NCBI GenBank assembly: GCA_963666055.2
Contig: CAXWPH010000002.1
Span: forward strand, 320,001-384,000
Reading direction: 5' to 3'
Origin: Acidobacteriota bacterium
GTDB lineage: Bacteria; Acidobacteriota; UBA890; WLXD01
Length of the DNA stretch: 64,000 bases
Below the pieces are notes generated by a model, which searched no databases, had not been told where the DNA came from, and saw only the letters and a list, made by a program, of their open reading frames with translations. Each line of letters opens with the position of its first letter. The first letter of the stretch is position 1. Both the position numbers and the translations under genes were made by a program. Positions 1 to 12,155 of the stretch are shown here, in pieces.

Positions 1-2
1 CC

Positions 3-1325
3 TGGTACGGCGGGGCGCGCGACAACGCACCGAACCTGGCGGCACTGGCGGACGCCGGTACGGTCTTCACCAGCACCGTCTCCCAGGGCGCCTGGACCAA
101 GGTCTCGGTGCCATCGATCTTGACGTCTCTCTACCCCAGCACGCACGGCATCACCGACATCATCCACCGGCTGCCCGCCTCGGTGACGACGCTCGAGGAG
201 GTCTATCAGGCGGCCGGCTACGCGACGTTCCATACCTCGTCGGTGCCGTTTACCGGTCAGCTCACCAACCTTCACCAGGGTGCGGAGGTGCTCCACGAGT
301 CGGCGTCGGTCGGAGATCTAGGCCACTCGACAGCGAAGACGGCGCGCACCTTTACCGACCGCCTGCTCGACTGGATCGACCTGCACTACGAGTCGCCCTT
401 CTTCGTATTCCTGCACGTATTCGATCCGCACAGCCCGTTCGAGCCGTATGCGCCGTACGACACGCTTTACACCGACGACGGTGAGGGCGAGGCGCAGCGG
501 CAGCGGATGGAGACGGTTCAAGAACACATCACCGACGACCACATGCGCGACGACGCCATGCCCACCACCGCCCAGCTGGCGGCGGCGGGGGTCGACCGCG
601 ATGCCTTCGTCGACACCGAGCTCGACTGGTACGACGCCTCGATCAAGGCGATGGACGTGGAGGTCGGCCGGCTATTGCAGCGGCTGGAGGGTCTCGGGGT
701 GGCCGACGACACCGTGATCGTCTTCATGAGTGATCACGGCGAGGCGTTTCTGGAGCACGGCAAGCACTTCCACGGCTGGGATGCCTATGGCGAGATGCTC
801 AACGTGCCGCTGATGTTCTCGTGGCCCGGCCGCATCCCGGCGGCGCGCGATGATACGGTCGTCGAATCGATCAGCGTGTATCCGACGCTGCTCGAGCTCA
901 GCCGCCTGGCGGTGCCCGAACAGGCGCAGGGGCAGAGCCTGTTGCCGCTCATGGCCCGTCCCGACGCGCCCACGGGGCTCGGCTGGATGCCTCGTCCGGC
1001 GTTCGCCGAACGCGCCTCGATCGACAGCGACGAGCCCCTGGACGACGAGGTCGAGCAGTTGGTGATCGTGGCCGACGGCTGGAAGCTGGTGCACAACACG
1101 ACGCGCCCCGACGGCAAGGCCGAGTTCGAGCTGTTCGACTACGTCAACGACCCGTTCGACCAGATCGACGTCGGTGCAGACAATCCGGAGATCGTCGCGC
1201 AGCTGTCGGAAGAGCTGGCCACGTGGCACGAGGGCGTGGTGGCAAACCGAATCGAACCCGACAGCGGCGAAGGGCTGACAGAAGCCGAGCGCGCCCGGCT
1301 GCGGGCCCTCGGGTACATTCAGTAG
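3..1325 (+). CDS. Sulfatase-like hydrolase/transferase (5' end lies outside the window)
   Basis: Frame is open from the window start: SQGAWTKVSVPSILT, LHVFDPHSPF, SDHGEAFLEHG, C-terminal LRALGYIQ. Confidence 0.85.
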   Translation, partial: WYGGARDNAPNLAALADAGTVFTSTVSQGAWTKVSVPSILTSLYPSTHGITDIIHRLPASVTTLEEVYQAAGYATFHTSSVPFTGQLTNLHQGAEVLHESASVGDLGHSTAKTARTFTDRLLDWIDLHYESPFFVFLHVFDPHSPFEPYAPYDTLYTDDGEGEAQRQRMETVQEHITDDHMRDDAMPTTAQLAAAGVDRDAFVDTELDWYDASIKAMDVEVGRLLQRLEGLGVADDTVIVFMSDHGEAFLEHGKHFHGWDAYGEMLNVPLMFSWPGRIPAARDDTVVESISVYPTLLELSRLAVPEQAQGQSLLPLMARPDAPTGLGWMPRPAFAERASIDSDEPLDDEVEQLVIVADGWKLVHNTTRPDGKAEFELFDYVNDPFDQIDVGADNPEIVAQLSEELATWHEGVVANRIEPDSGEGLTEAERARLRALGYIQ

Positions 1326-1425
1326 CGTCCACGCGCTGGCCTGATGCCCCCGCGCGCGGTGCACACGGCCGGACGAATGCAGCATTATGTAGACGCCGAT
1401 CCCTTTCTTCCGCGACGAGAGCATC

Positions 1426-1887
1426 ATGACCGACGTCACCACCGAAGAAACTCAGACCACTCTGCGCTCGGGTTCTGGCCACGACATCACGCCGCTGAGC
1501 GCCGAGCGCATCGCCGAGCTCGCCGAGAAACTCACCGACGAGGAGCGCCGGGTGCTGCTGCACGCCGGCACCGAGGCCCCCTTCTGCGGTGGGCTGCTCG
1601 ACAACAAGGAGACCGGCGTCTATGTGTGTCGGCTCTGTGGCCTGCCGTTGTATCGCTCGGCCACCAAGTTCGACTCCGGCACTGGGTGGCCGAGCTTCAA
1701 CGACCCCATCGACCCGGACCATGTCACCGAACACGCCGACTATAGCGGCGGCGGGATTCGCACCGAAATCCGTTGCGCCCGCTGCTCGGGTCATCTGGGG
1801 CATGTGTTCGACGACGGTCCGCCGCCCACGGGCAGGCGGCACTGCTTGAACTCGGAGTCGATGGAGTTCGTGCCAGACGACGCGTAG
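1426..1887 (+). CDS. msrB: Peptide-methionine (R)-S-oxide reductase
   Basis: GTEAPF, two CxxC pairs, KFDSGTGWPSF, HLGHVFDDGP, RHCLNS. Confidence 0.95.
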   Translation: MTDVTTEETQTTLRSGSGHDITPLSAERIAELAEKLTDEERRVLLHAGTEAPFCGGLLDNKETGVYVCRLCGLPLYRSATKFDSGTGWPSFNDPIDPDHVTEHADYSGGGIRTEIRCARCSGHLGHVFDDGPPPTGRRHCLNSESMEFVPDDA

Positions 1888-2158
1888 CAGGCCGTGGTGG
1901 AAGTGTGGCGGGCCTGGCGACAGGGTCTTGCGAGGAGGAGGCAAGGAGAGAGGAGGAGGCGATGGCTGCCCCATCGTTGACGACGAGCGACGCAGCATAC
2001 GCGCGCAACCCCCTATCGCCCGGAGGGTTACGGCGATTTGGGGTCATCTGCGGCGTTGGCCCTCCTGGACGATGGCTGGAGCATCGCCGGCGTCAGGCCG
2101 CCTTCCATCTGACCCCAACTCGCCGTAACCAGGCCCGCCACACTTCCACCACGGCCTG
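1888..2158. mobile_element. MITE with IS5/IS1182-type ends
   Basis: Perfect 33-bp inverted repeat at 1885-1917 and 2129-2161, with ends CAGGCCGTGG... flanked by GTAG/CTAG. A further end CAGGCCGTGG begins at 2163. Confidence 0.7.
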
Positions 2159-2223
2159 CTAGCAGGCCGTGGATCGTTGCCCGTCCCGAGACACGGACTA
2201 CATTACCGACACCACCAGTACTG

Positions 2224-3537
2224 CTACTGAATGTAGCCTAGCGCCCGCAGCTGCCGCTCCAGCTCGGGCGACAGCTCCACCGCGTCGCCGGCGCGCTGGC
2301 GGCGGATCTCCCGCATCTGGCGCAGCAGCCGTCGCGCCGTTCGCGTTAGCTGTGCGTTATCGGGATCCCGGAGCGCGTTGAGCTCGCCTGGGTCGGTGCT
2401 GAGGTCGTAGATCGCCGGTGAGCGGGCGGTACGGTTAACCACCATCTTGTAGGGCCACTGCACGATCGCCTCGAGCTCGATGCCGTAGTAGTTGCTGCGA
2501 GCGTAAATCGGCCGCGCCGGTGGTGCTTCGCCGGCCAAGTAGGGCACCAGCGATCCGCCCGAAACCTGCGGCACCTCCAGTTGCGCCAGATCGAGCAACG
2601 TCGGCACGATATCCACGGTCGACACCGGCTCCTGGTGGCGTGCGGCTGGAACTCCAGGGCCCCAGAGAACCAGCGGCACACGCATCACCTCGTCGTGAAG
2701 GGACATACCGTGACCCTTGCGGAAGTGCTCGCCTGGGAACGCCTCGCCGTGGTCGGCGGTGAGTGCCACCCAGGTGGTCTCGTGCAGGTTGCGCTCGCGC
2801 AGCGACTCGAACAACCGTCCGATCTGCGCGTCGACCCAGAGGATTTCCTCGTCGTAGGCGGCCTTGATGAACTCCACATCCGCTGCCTGCTCCGCTGCTT
2901 CGCGACTCTCGATGGTGGCGAGAGTATCGCCATAGCGGTCGGCGAAGGCGTCGGTGAACACCCCGCGTGCTGGCTCCGGAGCGTTGAACTGGTGGTGTAC
3001 GTCGAACAGGTGTAGCAGGAGGAAGAACGGCCGCGACCGGTCGCGGCCGTCGAGCCACTCCAGACCGGCGTCGAGGCTCTCGTCTGCGAGGCGCAGCTCG
3101 GTCGCCGTCGCTTGTTCCAGGTCGTAATGGTCGAACCCTGTGGCCATGCCGAATATTGGATCGAGGAAGGAGACGTTCACCACAGCGCCGGTTTCGTATC
3201 CCGCTCCCGATAGGTACTGGGGCAGGGTGATGACCCCTTCGCGCAGCCGCCGATGAGCTGATGTGCCGGCCCCGTGGGCGTTTGGGTACAGCCCGGTGAG
3301 AATGCTGGCCATCCCCGGCAACGTCCACGATGAGGCCGAGTAAGCGTGCTCGAACACGCTACCGCTCGTCGACAGCTCGTCGATGCGCGGTGTCGTTTCC
3401 CGCTCGTACCCGTACAGGCTCATGTGGTCGGCGCGCAGGGTGTCGATGACCACGAGCACGATGCCGCCGGGTGGCGTTCGAGCGCAGCCGCCGGTTGCCA
3501 GCAGCAGACAGGACAGCAGGATCAGTGAGTTTTGCAT
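2224..3537 (-). CDS. Sulfatase-like hydrolase/transferase, probable lipoprotein
   Basis: Signal LLLATGGC, then [30 protein letters not shown]. Start placed at MQNSL. Confidence 0.85.
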   Translation of the reverse strand: MQNSLILLSCLLLATGGCARTPPGGIVLVVIDTLRADHMSLYGYERETTPRIDELSTSGSVFEHAYSASSWTLPGMASILTGLYPNAHGAGTSAHRRLREGVITLPQYLSGAGYETGAVVNVSFLDPIFGMATGFDHYDLEQATATELRLADESLDAGLEWLDGRDRSRPFFLLLHLFDVHHQFNAPEPARGVFTDAFADRYGDTLATIESREAAEQAADVEFIKAAYDEEILWVDAQIGRLFESLRERNLHETTWVALTADHGEAFPGEHFRKGHGMSLHDEVMRVPLVLWGPGVPAARHQEPVSTVDIVPTLLDLAQLEVPQVSGGSLVPYLAGEAPPARPIYARSNYYGIELEAIVQWPYKMVVNRTARSPAIYDLSTDPGELNALRDPDNAQLTRTARRLLRQMREIRRQRAGDAVELSPELERQLRALGYIQ

Positions 3538-3640
3538 TCGGGGGTCGGATCGCATCGGAGATGCGGTCATCGTGGGCGGGTGCCGCGAGGAACCATGAGT
3601 GTACCGCTTGGCCGCATGGCGCTCGCAACAGCGGCGGCGG

Positions 3641-5383
<1,743 letters not shown>

Positions 5384-5393
5384 GCAGGGGATC

Positions 5394-5426
5394 CTAGCAG
5401 GCCACGTTTCTACCACGGCCTGCTAG
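5394..5426. repeat. Collapsed remnant of the same MITE family
   Basis: CTAG-CAGGCC-acgtttctaccac-GGCCTG-CTAG has the same termini as 1888-2158. Confidence 0.55.
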
Positions 5427-5682
5427 CGTGGAAAGAGAGCCGCGGAATATCCGCGAGGGGACTGTTGCGCTACCACTCTTGAGTTTGCTGTCGCTGTGGC
5501 GGAGGTTTCACCGCGGCTCGCGGTTGTAGAATTCCGCTTCCGGGTTCCGCTGCCCGGTCGGCCCCCCACCGGCACTCCGCCGCCCCGAGGCGCAATGAGT
5601 CCCCAGATCGAACGGACGCTGTCACGATGAGTACTGCGCCCAGGACGCCGCACGGGTCAGCGTCGCCGCCGAGCCCCGGTCG

Positions 5683-6837
5683 ATGAGCATCCGGCGCCCC
5701 CCCTACCAAATTCCGTTCAACCGTACGGCGCTGGCGGGCGCCGAGCTCGACAACATCGCCGCCGTCATCGAGGCGGGGCAAATCGTCGGCGACGGCGACT
5801 ACGGTCGACGATGCGAGCAGCTGCTCGAGAGCCTGCTCGGCGGCGGCCCCCGGGTGATGCTCACCACCTCGTGCACCCACGCGCTGGAGATGAGCGCGCT
5901 GCTGCTCAACGTGCAGCCGGGCGACGAGATCATCATGCCGTCGTTCACCTTCGTCTCCACCGCCAACGCCTTTGCCCTGCGCGGCGCCGTGCCGCGTTTC
6001 GTTGACATTCGCCCCGACACTCTCAACCTGGACGAGGCGAAGCTCGAGCCACTCGTTGGCCCGCGTACTCGTGCCATCGTTGCCGTGCACTACGGCGGTG
6101 TCGCTTGTGAGATGGACGCCATCGAGCAGATCGCCTTCCGCCACAGCCTCGATGTGATCGAAGACAATGCCCATGGCCTGCTGGGCGCCTTCAACGGCCA
6201 GCCCCTCGGCACCTTCGGGCGCCTCGCCACCCTGAGCTTTCACGCCACCAAGAATTTCACCTGCGGCGAGGGCGGGGCGCTCATCGTGAACGACCCGGAC
6301 CTGGTCGATCGCGCCGAGATTATCCGCGAGAAGGGCACCGACCGGGCGAGTTTCTTCCGCGGCGAGGTCGACAAGTACACCTGGGTCGATCTGGGCTCGA
6401 GCTACCCACCGTCGGAGATCCTGGCGGCGTTCCTGCTGGCGCAGTTGGAGGCGCACGAGCACGTCCAGTCAACCCGCCGCGCCATATGGCAACGCTACGA
6501 CTCTGCCCTGCGCGACTGGGCCACTGCCAACGACGTGCGCTTGCCCAGCGTGCCCGACAGCTGCGACCACGCCTACCACCTGTACTGGATCGTCATGCCC
6601 GAGCCGGAGCAACGCACCCGCCTCATCGAGCACCTTGGCGCCCTGGGCATCTTCGCCGTATTCCATTACCTTCCGCTCAACCTCTCGCCCATGGGCCGGC
6701 GCCTGGGCGGCAGGGAAGGGGACTGTCCGGTAGCCGAGTCGGTGGCCGACCGCCTGTTGCGGTTACCCTTCTACAACGACCTGTCGGAGTCCGATCAGCA
6801 AGCCGTAATCGAGTCGATTCTGGAGTTCGAGCTGTGA
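5683..6837 (+). CDS. wecE: dTDP-4-amino-4,6-dideoxygalactose transaminase (DegT family)
   Basis: IPFN, TTSCTHALEM, SFHATKNFTCGEGGAL, EKGTDR..FFRGEVDKYTW. Confidence 0.9.
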   Translation: MSIRRPPYQIPFNRTALAGAELDNIAAVIEAGQIVGDGDYGRRCEQLLESLLGGGPRVMLTTSCTHALEMSALLLNVQPGDEIIMPSFTFVSTANAFALRGAVPRFVDIRPDTLNLDEAKLEPLVGPRTRAIVAVHYGGVACEMDAIEQIAFRHSLDVIEDNAHGLLGAFNGQPLGTFGRLATLSFHATKNFTCGEGGALIVNDPDLVDRAEIIREKGTDRASFFRGEVDKYTWVDLGSSYPPSEILAAFLLAQLEAHEHVQSTRRAIWQRYDSALRDWATANDVRLPSVPDSCDHAYHLYWIVMPEPEQRTRLIEHLGALGIFAVFHYLPLNLSPMGRRLGGREGDCPVAESVADRLLRLPFYNDLSESDQQAVIESILEFEL

Positions 6838-6874
6838 GCCCCATTCATGAGCCGATCAGCGTAGGCGGTGCATC

Positions 6875-7591
6875 GTGAAGATCGAGCTGCTGCCCTGGGA
6901 CTCCGAGTTCTTCGGCTTCCGCATTGGTCGAGTGCACTCGCGCCAATTCAAGCCCGACGAGCTGCCCCGGCAGGCCAGCGAGCAGGGTTACCGCTGTCTG
7001 TACCTCACCTGCGGCATCTCCGACGGCGGCGCCCTCAAGGAGGCGGCCAGGGCCGGCTTCGCCCCCATCGACGTGCGCGTCACCCTCAAGGCGCGCCTCG
7101 ATCTGTCCACCCCGGAGCCCGAGGAGCACGCCGCGATCGACATCAGCCCGTACCGCCCCGAGGACATGCCCCACCTGATTGCCATCGCGCACGACCTCAG
7201 CGCCTACAGCCGTTTCAACCTCGACACCGGCTTCGAAGACGCCGCCGCCCTGCGCCTCTATGCCCGCCGCATCCAGGACTCCTGCGCCGGCCGCGCCGAG
7301 ATCACCCTGGTGGCCCGTCGCGACGGCATTCCGGTGGGCTTCGCCACCTGCACGGCCGCCGGCGCCACCTCGGGAGCATTAGAGATGGTCGGCGTGCGCG
7401 ACAGCGCCGCCGGCACCGGCATCGGCTCCGCCCTGGTGAAGGCGGCGCTACATCACCACCAGCAGGCCGGCCGGCCGAACGTGGTGGTCACGGTGCAGGG
7501 GCGCAACCCGAGAGCGCTGAACTTCTACCAGCGCAACCGGTTCCAGATCCGCGAGATGGAGCTGGTGTTCCACTGCTGGATCGAGCGCTAG
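6875..7591 (+). CDS. GNAT acetyltransferase, WecD/RffC-like
   Basis: LPWDSEFFG N-terminus, SRFNLD, GTGIGSAL, ALNFY; follows wecE. Confidence 0.75.
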   Translation: MKIELLPWDSEFFGFRIGRVHSRQFKPDELPRQASEQGYRCLYLTCGISDGGALKEAARAGFAPIDVRVTLKARLDLSTPEPEEHAAIDISPYRPEDMPHLIAIAHDLSAYSRFNLDTGFEDAAALRLYARRIQDSCAGRAEITLVARRDGIPVGFATCTAAGATSGALEMVGVRDSAAGTGIGSALVKAALHHHQQAGRPNVVVTVQGRNPRALNFYQRNRFQIREMELVFHCWIER

Positions 7592-7790
7592 CGCAGCACC
7601 GAGACGGGCTCTCTTCCGAACCCGTGCGGAGTGGAGAGCACCCTGGAAGGGCTTGAGGCCACCGACGAGCCTCCATTGTTGTCGACTTCCCACACGCTAT
7701 CTTGTGACCTGTGTTCCGAACTGCTGGCGATCGCGCTCTTTCTCCGTGAGCATGCGGAGGTGTTCGCACCCGGCCCACAACAGGTCAATG

Positions 7791-7843
7791 GCTCGTCGGG
7801 CTCATAACCCGAAGGTCGCAGGTTCAAATCCTGCCCCCGCTAC
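7791..7843 (+). repeat. 3' two-thirds of tRNA-fMet(CAT), integrase att core; not an intact tRNA
   Basis: GCTCGTCGGGCTCATAACCCGAAGGTCGCAGGTTCAAATCCTGCCCCCGCTAC. The 5' acceptor/D arm is absent. Arm-like repeats GGGTGCCACA at 7917 and 7929. Confidence 0.85.
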
Positions 7844-7862
7844 TTGGTTAAAGCCCGTAGAT

Positions 7863-9110
7863 TCAGTCGCTTACGGCGACCGGTCGGCGGGATTTTTCTT
7901 GCGGCTGAGATTCGGAGGGTGCCACAGTGGGTGCCACAAGTGCCGGGTTGACGCCGATCTCCACGTCGGGAAGAACGTGCCCGTACACGTCGGCGGTGGT
8001 CTGAATCGAGGCGTGCCCGATCAATCTGGATACGGTGAACAGCGGCACTCCCGCTCTCAGCCAGCTCGTCACTCGGGTGTGCCGGAAGCCATGGAAGCCG
8101 TGGTCTGGCACCTTTGCCCTGCGCACCAGCCGCTTCCACGTCCGGTGCCGGAGGTTGTCCGATTCGAGCGGCCCACCATGCGGGGATTGCACGACCCACG
8201 CCCCATTCTCGCGACCCTCGGAAAGTGCACGACGTTCTTGCGTCGTTCGCAGTGCCATGAGGCGTGACGCCAATGCTGGGGCGATAGGCACGACACGATG
8301 TCGACGCCCTTTCGTGCTGGTTTCCTCCCCGCGCACGCGAGCGCGCTGCACGAGCACTTCACCGCGTTCCAGATCCAGATCGTCCCAACGAAGCCCGACT
8401 GCCTCGCCGATGCGCAAACCGGTCGCTGCGAGCAGCTCAAAGAGCAGGATTTGATCGTCTGACTCGCTTAGCTTATGCGCCGCATCGAGCAACCGCTGCA
8501 ACTGGTCAGGCGTCCATGCCTTGGGTGGCCGGCGCTCAACGCGCACACGCGGCAAGACATCACGGGTGCCCTTGATCGGGTTGATCTCAAGGTACTCATC
8601 GGTGACCGCAGACGACAGCATCGACGACAAAGCTCGATGCAGGTTCTTCACGGTCTTGGTCGATAAGCCGTCCCGGCGTGCCTTGTCGGCGAGCCACACC
8701 CGAACGTGCCGCCGCTTGATGTCGGTCAGCGGCAAGTCGCCGAACTCCGGCAGCAGGTGGTTGCGCAGGATCGACTCGTAGTTCTGCCGGGTCGATTTCT
8801 TCCAGCCCCAGCCATGGGCGCTGTTCTCGTTGATCCAGAGTGCCGCGTACTGCCGAACGGTCGGGGCGGTCTGGGAAGCGATGCTCGGATCTAGCTGGAC
8901 GGCAACCTGGCGGAGCGTAGCTCGCAGGTCATGTGCTGACGTGCTCGTGGCCTCGGCGATGGCGAGCTTCCGCTCGATCTCGGCGGCGACGAGCTGGGCA
9001 GCGCGTTTGCTCCGACCGACCCGGACGGAGGTGCGAAGCTGCCTGCCCTTGCGCACAAAGACCCACCAGATTCTGGAGCCGCGTTGCTTCTCGCGAACGG
9101 TGACGCCCAT
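7863..9110 (-). CDS. Tyrosine integrase
   Basis: TGLRIGE, TKG, FHGFRH, IGH, DVYGH catalytic residues; adjacent to the tRNA core. Confidence 0.92.
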   Translation of the reverse strand: MGVTVREKQRGSRIWWVFVRKGRQLRTSVRVGRSKRAAQLVAAEIERKLAIAEATSTSAHDLRATLRQVAVQLDPSIASQTAPTVRQYAALWINENSAHGWGWKKSTRQNYESILRNHLLPEFGDLPLTDIKRRHVRVWLADKARRDGLSTKTVKNLHRALSSMLSSAVTDEYLEINPIKGTRDVLPRVRVERRPPKAWTPDQLQRLLDAAHKLSESDDQILLFELLAATGLRIGEAVGLRWDDLDLERGEVLVQRARVRGEETSTKGRRHRVVPIAPALASRLMALRTTQERRALSEGRENGAWVVQSPHGGPLESDNLRHRTWKRLVRRAKVPDHGFHGFRHTRVTSWLRAGVPLFTVSRLIGHASIQTTADVYGHVLPDVEIGVNPALVAPTVAPSESQPQEKSRRPVAVSD

Positions 9111-9112
9111 TG

Positions 9113-9445
9113 CTACCCCCCAGAACTGCCGAGCCGCCGGAGAACATCCCCCGCAATGCGTTCAGCCTGTCTCGCGTCATTGACCGGCTCATACCAGTCG
9201 ATCACGTCACCCCACTTTACGCGGAGATCACCGGCACCGGGAGGGCGGTAGGCAGGCAGTGGGTTCACGTCGCGGCTGATCCAGCGATGAACCGTAGCGG
9301 GGTCGACGCCGAGAGCTGTCGCCGTTTCAACCACGGACAGCATCGCGTCACGGTGTACGGCAGTGCGGTCGCCCGAAACGGCGCTCGCGAGAAGGGCCAC
9401 GTTGCGGGCAAGCTCGCGGACGGTCGCGTCCGGGTGACTATTCAT
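9113..9445 (-). CDS. HTH (excisionase/AlpA-like) protein
   Basis: LSVVETATALGVDPATVHRWI; directly upstream of the integrase. Confidence 0.7.
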   Translation of the reverse strand: MNSHPDATVRELARNVALLASAVSGDRTAVHRDAMLSVVETATALGVDPATVHRWISRDVNPLPAYRPPGAGDLRVKWGDVIDWYEPVNDARQAERIAGDVLRRLGSSGG

Positions 9446-9571
9446 ACCACCCGTCCCGTCGCGGCGAGAGGCTCCTCGAAGTTCACCTCGTGGCCGAATG
9501 GGTGGCCGACTGTTCCAGCGTTCCGCCTGTTCCACCCCCCCAGAGACAGAAGACGGAACAGGCAGGCGCGC

Positions 9572-9967
9572 CTAGTCACCGTCCTCCTCCTTGGCTTCCT
9601 TTGCGGCAGCGCGAGTGATGGCAACCCTTGCGCACTGCTCCCACCGCTGAAGCTCTTCATGGAATTGCGCATCGTCGTCAGGCGATTGCCGCGCAGAGAG
9701 CCAGAGATGTTCTACAGCGGCTTCGCTCGCTCGCACCTCTTGAGTGATCCAAGAGTCGGGCTGACCAGCTTGTTGGAAGACGCTCTGAAGCCTGGCCCAG
9801 GAGAGCGAGGCCGCAGAAGCTCGCCTTTGTTCCAGTTGGTCCTTACCTAGCCTGGCGGTGCCGCCACTGGCTCCATCCGGGTGGGCGCTTTGGTCGATTC
9901 TGTCCAGAACTCGCCGCGCTAGTTCTTTCAGCGATTGCGACTCGCTCGCTGCTTCTGTGTGCTTCAT
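9572..9967 (-). CDS. Hypothetical protein of the integrative element
   Basis: 131-aa ORF co-oriented with xis/int. Confidence 0.45.
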   Translation of the reverse strand: MKHTEAASESQSLKELARRVLDRIDQSAHPDGASGGTARLGKDQLEQRRASAASLSWARLQSVFQQAGQPDSWITQEVRASEAAVEHLWLSARQSPDDDAQFHEELQRWEQCARVAITRAAAKEAKEEDGD

Positions 9968-9975
9968 GTGACTGG

Positions 9976-10350
9976 GTGGTGCCGGCGCTCAATGCAATCG
10001 CGGGCGTGCGCTGCCAGAACCCCAAAGGGGCCTTTTACGTCTTCCCGAACGTCGCCGGTGCTTGCGAGCGTCTGGGGGTCTTCGACGCGTTCGAAGCGCT
10101 GCCCGAGGTCACTCGCCAGCAGACCAGCCCCTCCGGGATGCTGCAGATGTTTCTCCTCTACCGCTACGGTGTGGCGACAATGGACCGCGACTCCTTCGGT
10201 GCCGTCGGTGCTGCCGGGCAGCATTTCCTGCGCCTGTCGATCGCGGCCGGCCTCGACCGGATAGAGGAGGGCGTGCGGCGCATGGCCGCAGCGCTCGACG
10301 ACCGCGAGGGCTTCGCCGCCTTCCTCGACGAGGAGCGGCTGTGGCAGTAG
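9976..10350 (+). pseudogene. C-terminal fragment of class I/II aminotransferase
   Basis: PKGAFYVFPNV and FLRLS; 5' part replaced by element DNA. Confidence 0.8.
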
Positions 10351-10373
10351 GCACGCGGAAAGGCCGGGGGCCC

Positions 10374-11405
10374 GTGGAGAGTCCGGGACACGTCTTCGTC
10401 ACGCGTCGGATTCCCGAACCGGGGCTGGCGCATCTGCGCGAAGCCGGGGTACGGCTGACCGTCGGCCAGCAGGACGAGGAAAAGGCGGTCTCGCGCGAGA
10501 TGCTCCTGGCGGGCGTCGGCCAGTGCGACGTCCTGCTGCCGCTGCTGACCGAGTCGATCGATCGCGAGGTGCTGGCGCACGACAACCTCCTCGGAGTAGC
10601 CAACATGGCGGTGGGGTTCAACAACATCGACGTCGCAGTCGCCACCGAGCTCGGGGTTCCGGTCGCCAACACCCCAGGGGTGCTCACCGACACCACCGCC
10701 GATCTCACCTGGGCGTTGCTGCTTGCCATGGCCCGCCGGGTGCCGGAGGCCCACAACTACATGGCGGCTGGACGCTACAAGATCTGGGGTCCCAACCTGT
10801 TCTTGGGAGCCGACGTCAGCCCTGGGGGCAGCGGTCGCCGCAAGGTGCTGGGGGTCGTGGGCTACGGGCGGATCGGCGCGGCGGTGGCCCGCAGAGCCCT
10901 GGGGTTCGATATGGAGGTGTTGGCCTACGACCCCCACGCACGCGCGGCGGTGGATGCGTCCGAGCATGCGCGCTGGGCCGAGCTGTCTGAGTTGCTCGCT
11001 GCCAGCGACTACTTGTCGCTCCATCCCTCGCTCACCGAGCAGACCCGGCACCTGATCGGCGAGCCGGAGCTGCGGACGATGCGCCCCGAGGCCTACCTCA
11101 TCAATACGTCGCGGGGACCCGTGGTGGACGAGCAGGCCCTGGTGCGGGCATTGCGCGAGGGGTGGATCGCCGGCGCTGCCCTCGACGTCTACGAGAATGA
11201 GCCCGAGATGAGCCCGGGCCTGGCGGATCTGCCGAATGTGGTGCTGCTGCCCCACATCGCCAGCGCCAGTCGGGATACTCGCGGAAGAATGGCGGCGATG
11301 GCGGCCACCAACGCGCTCGCTCACCTGCGCCGCGAGCGGGCGCCAAACGTCGTGAACCCGGAGGTCTACGACACCGCTGCCTACTGCCGCCGAGCGGGGG
11401 CCTGA
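10374..11405 (+). CDS. D-glycerate dehydrogenase / glyoxylate reductase (D-2-hydroxyacid dehydrogenase family)
   Basis: AVGFNNID, NTPGVLTDTTAD, GYGRIG, INTSRGPVVDE, LDVYENEP, PHIAS. GTG start. Confidence 0.9.
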   Translation: MESPGHVFVTRRIPEPGLAHLREAGVRLTVGQQDEEKAVSREMLLAGVGQCDVLLPLLTESIDREVLAHDNLLGVANMAVGFNNIDVAVATELGVPVANTPGVLTDTTADLTWALLLAMARRVPEAHNYMAAGRYKIWGPNLFLGADVSPGGSGRRKVLGVVGYGRIGAAVARRALGFDMEVLAYDPHARAAVDASEHARWAELSELLAASDYLSLHPSLTEQTRHLIGEPELRTMRPEAYLINTSRGPVVDEQALVRALREGWIAGAALDVYENEPEMSPGLADLPNVVLLPHIASASRDTRGRMAAMAATNALAHLRRERAPNVVNPEVYDTAAYCRRAGA

Positions 11406-11509
11406 TCGCCCACTTACAGCCAGAGCCGACGCGACAGGGCGTGGCCAGTTGTGGGTCGGCCGGATACCTAGTCAACTACCACCGGCCCACGTCGTCGTCG
11501 CCCCCCTAC

Positions 11510-12011
11510 TCCGGCTGCAACGGTGGAGGGGGTGGGGCGGCCTAGACAAGTTGATGCAGCCGCTGCACCAGTTGGTCGAATTCTCCGCCCGTAAAGGAGT
11601 ACCTGAGCTCGAGGAACCGTCTTCTGAAAGCGGCGACTTCTTTCTTGATGGTCCTGTCTTCGAGGACGACCGCATGAATCAGCTGAGCGAGCTCCTGGAA
11701 GTCCGCCTCTTCCATGCCGAAGCGGGTCATCTCCGCGACTCCCATGCGCAACGCGCCCGAGGCCGTGAAGCCTTCCTCCACGGGGGTCGCCTGGTAGTTG
11801 ACGATGATGTTGTTCTCCTCGAGCCGTCGCGCCACCTCTGGCCCGCGGGCATACCCCACGTTGACGATGACCTGATGCGTCTCCGTGAACGAAACCGCGG
11901 CATCACCGGCAACGTCGACGCCGCATTCGTCGAGGGCTCGCGGAGCGGACCGACAAGGGTTCCCAGGTGGTGGTTGCTGACGCTGCCGGGGAACGCGCGG
12001 CGCCGTACCGC
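11510..12011 (-). pseudogene. Inverted copy of the 3' end of the gcvT-glyA fusion (41263-41837)
   Basis: Near-identical reverse complement with a ~73-bp internal deletion and about 2 SNPs; stop at 11542. Confidence 0.9.
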
Positions 12012-12012
12012 G

Positions 12013-12123
12013 CTACGGATCCGTCGGCACGAGCCGCTTCAGCTCCTCGAACCAGTTGGTGACCAGCGTCACCGTGCCGCTGTCGCTCTGGCTGCTCTGG
12101 CCGGTGTCGGGGAACATCACGAA
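12013..12123 (-). pseudogene. 3' tail of a Ser/Thr kinase-TolB gene
   Basis: FVMFPDTGQSSQSDSGTVTLVTNWFEELKRLVPTDP*, nearly the same as 53626-53740. Confidence 0.8.
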
Positions 12124-12155
12124 TCCGCTCCAGTGAAGGCTACCCGGAGGAGACT

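Noticed and set aside
7741-7845. Intact tRNA-Met
   Set aside because: The 5' acceptor strand and D arm are missing; the same holds for the Leu fragments at 26824 and 38414.
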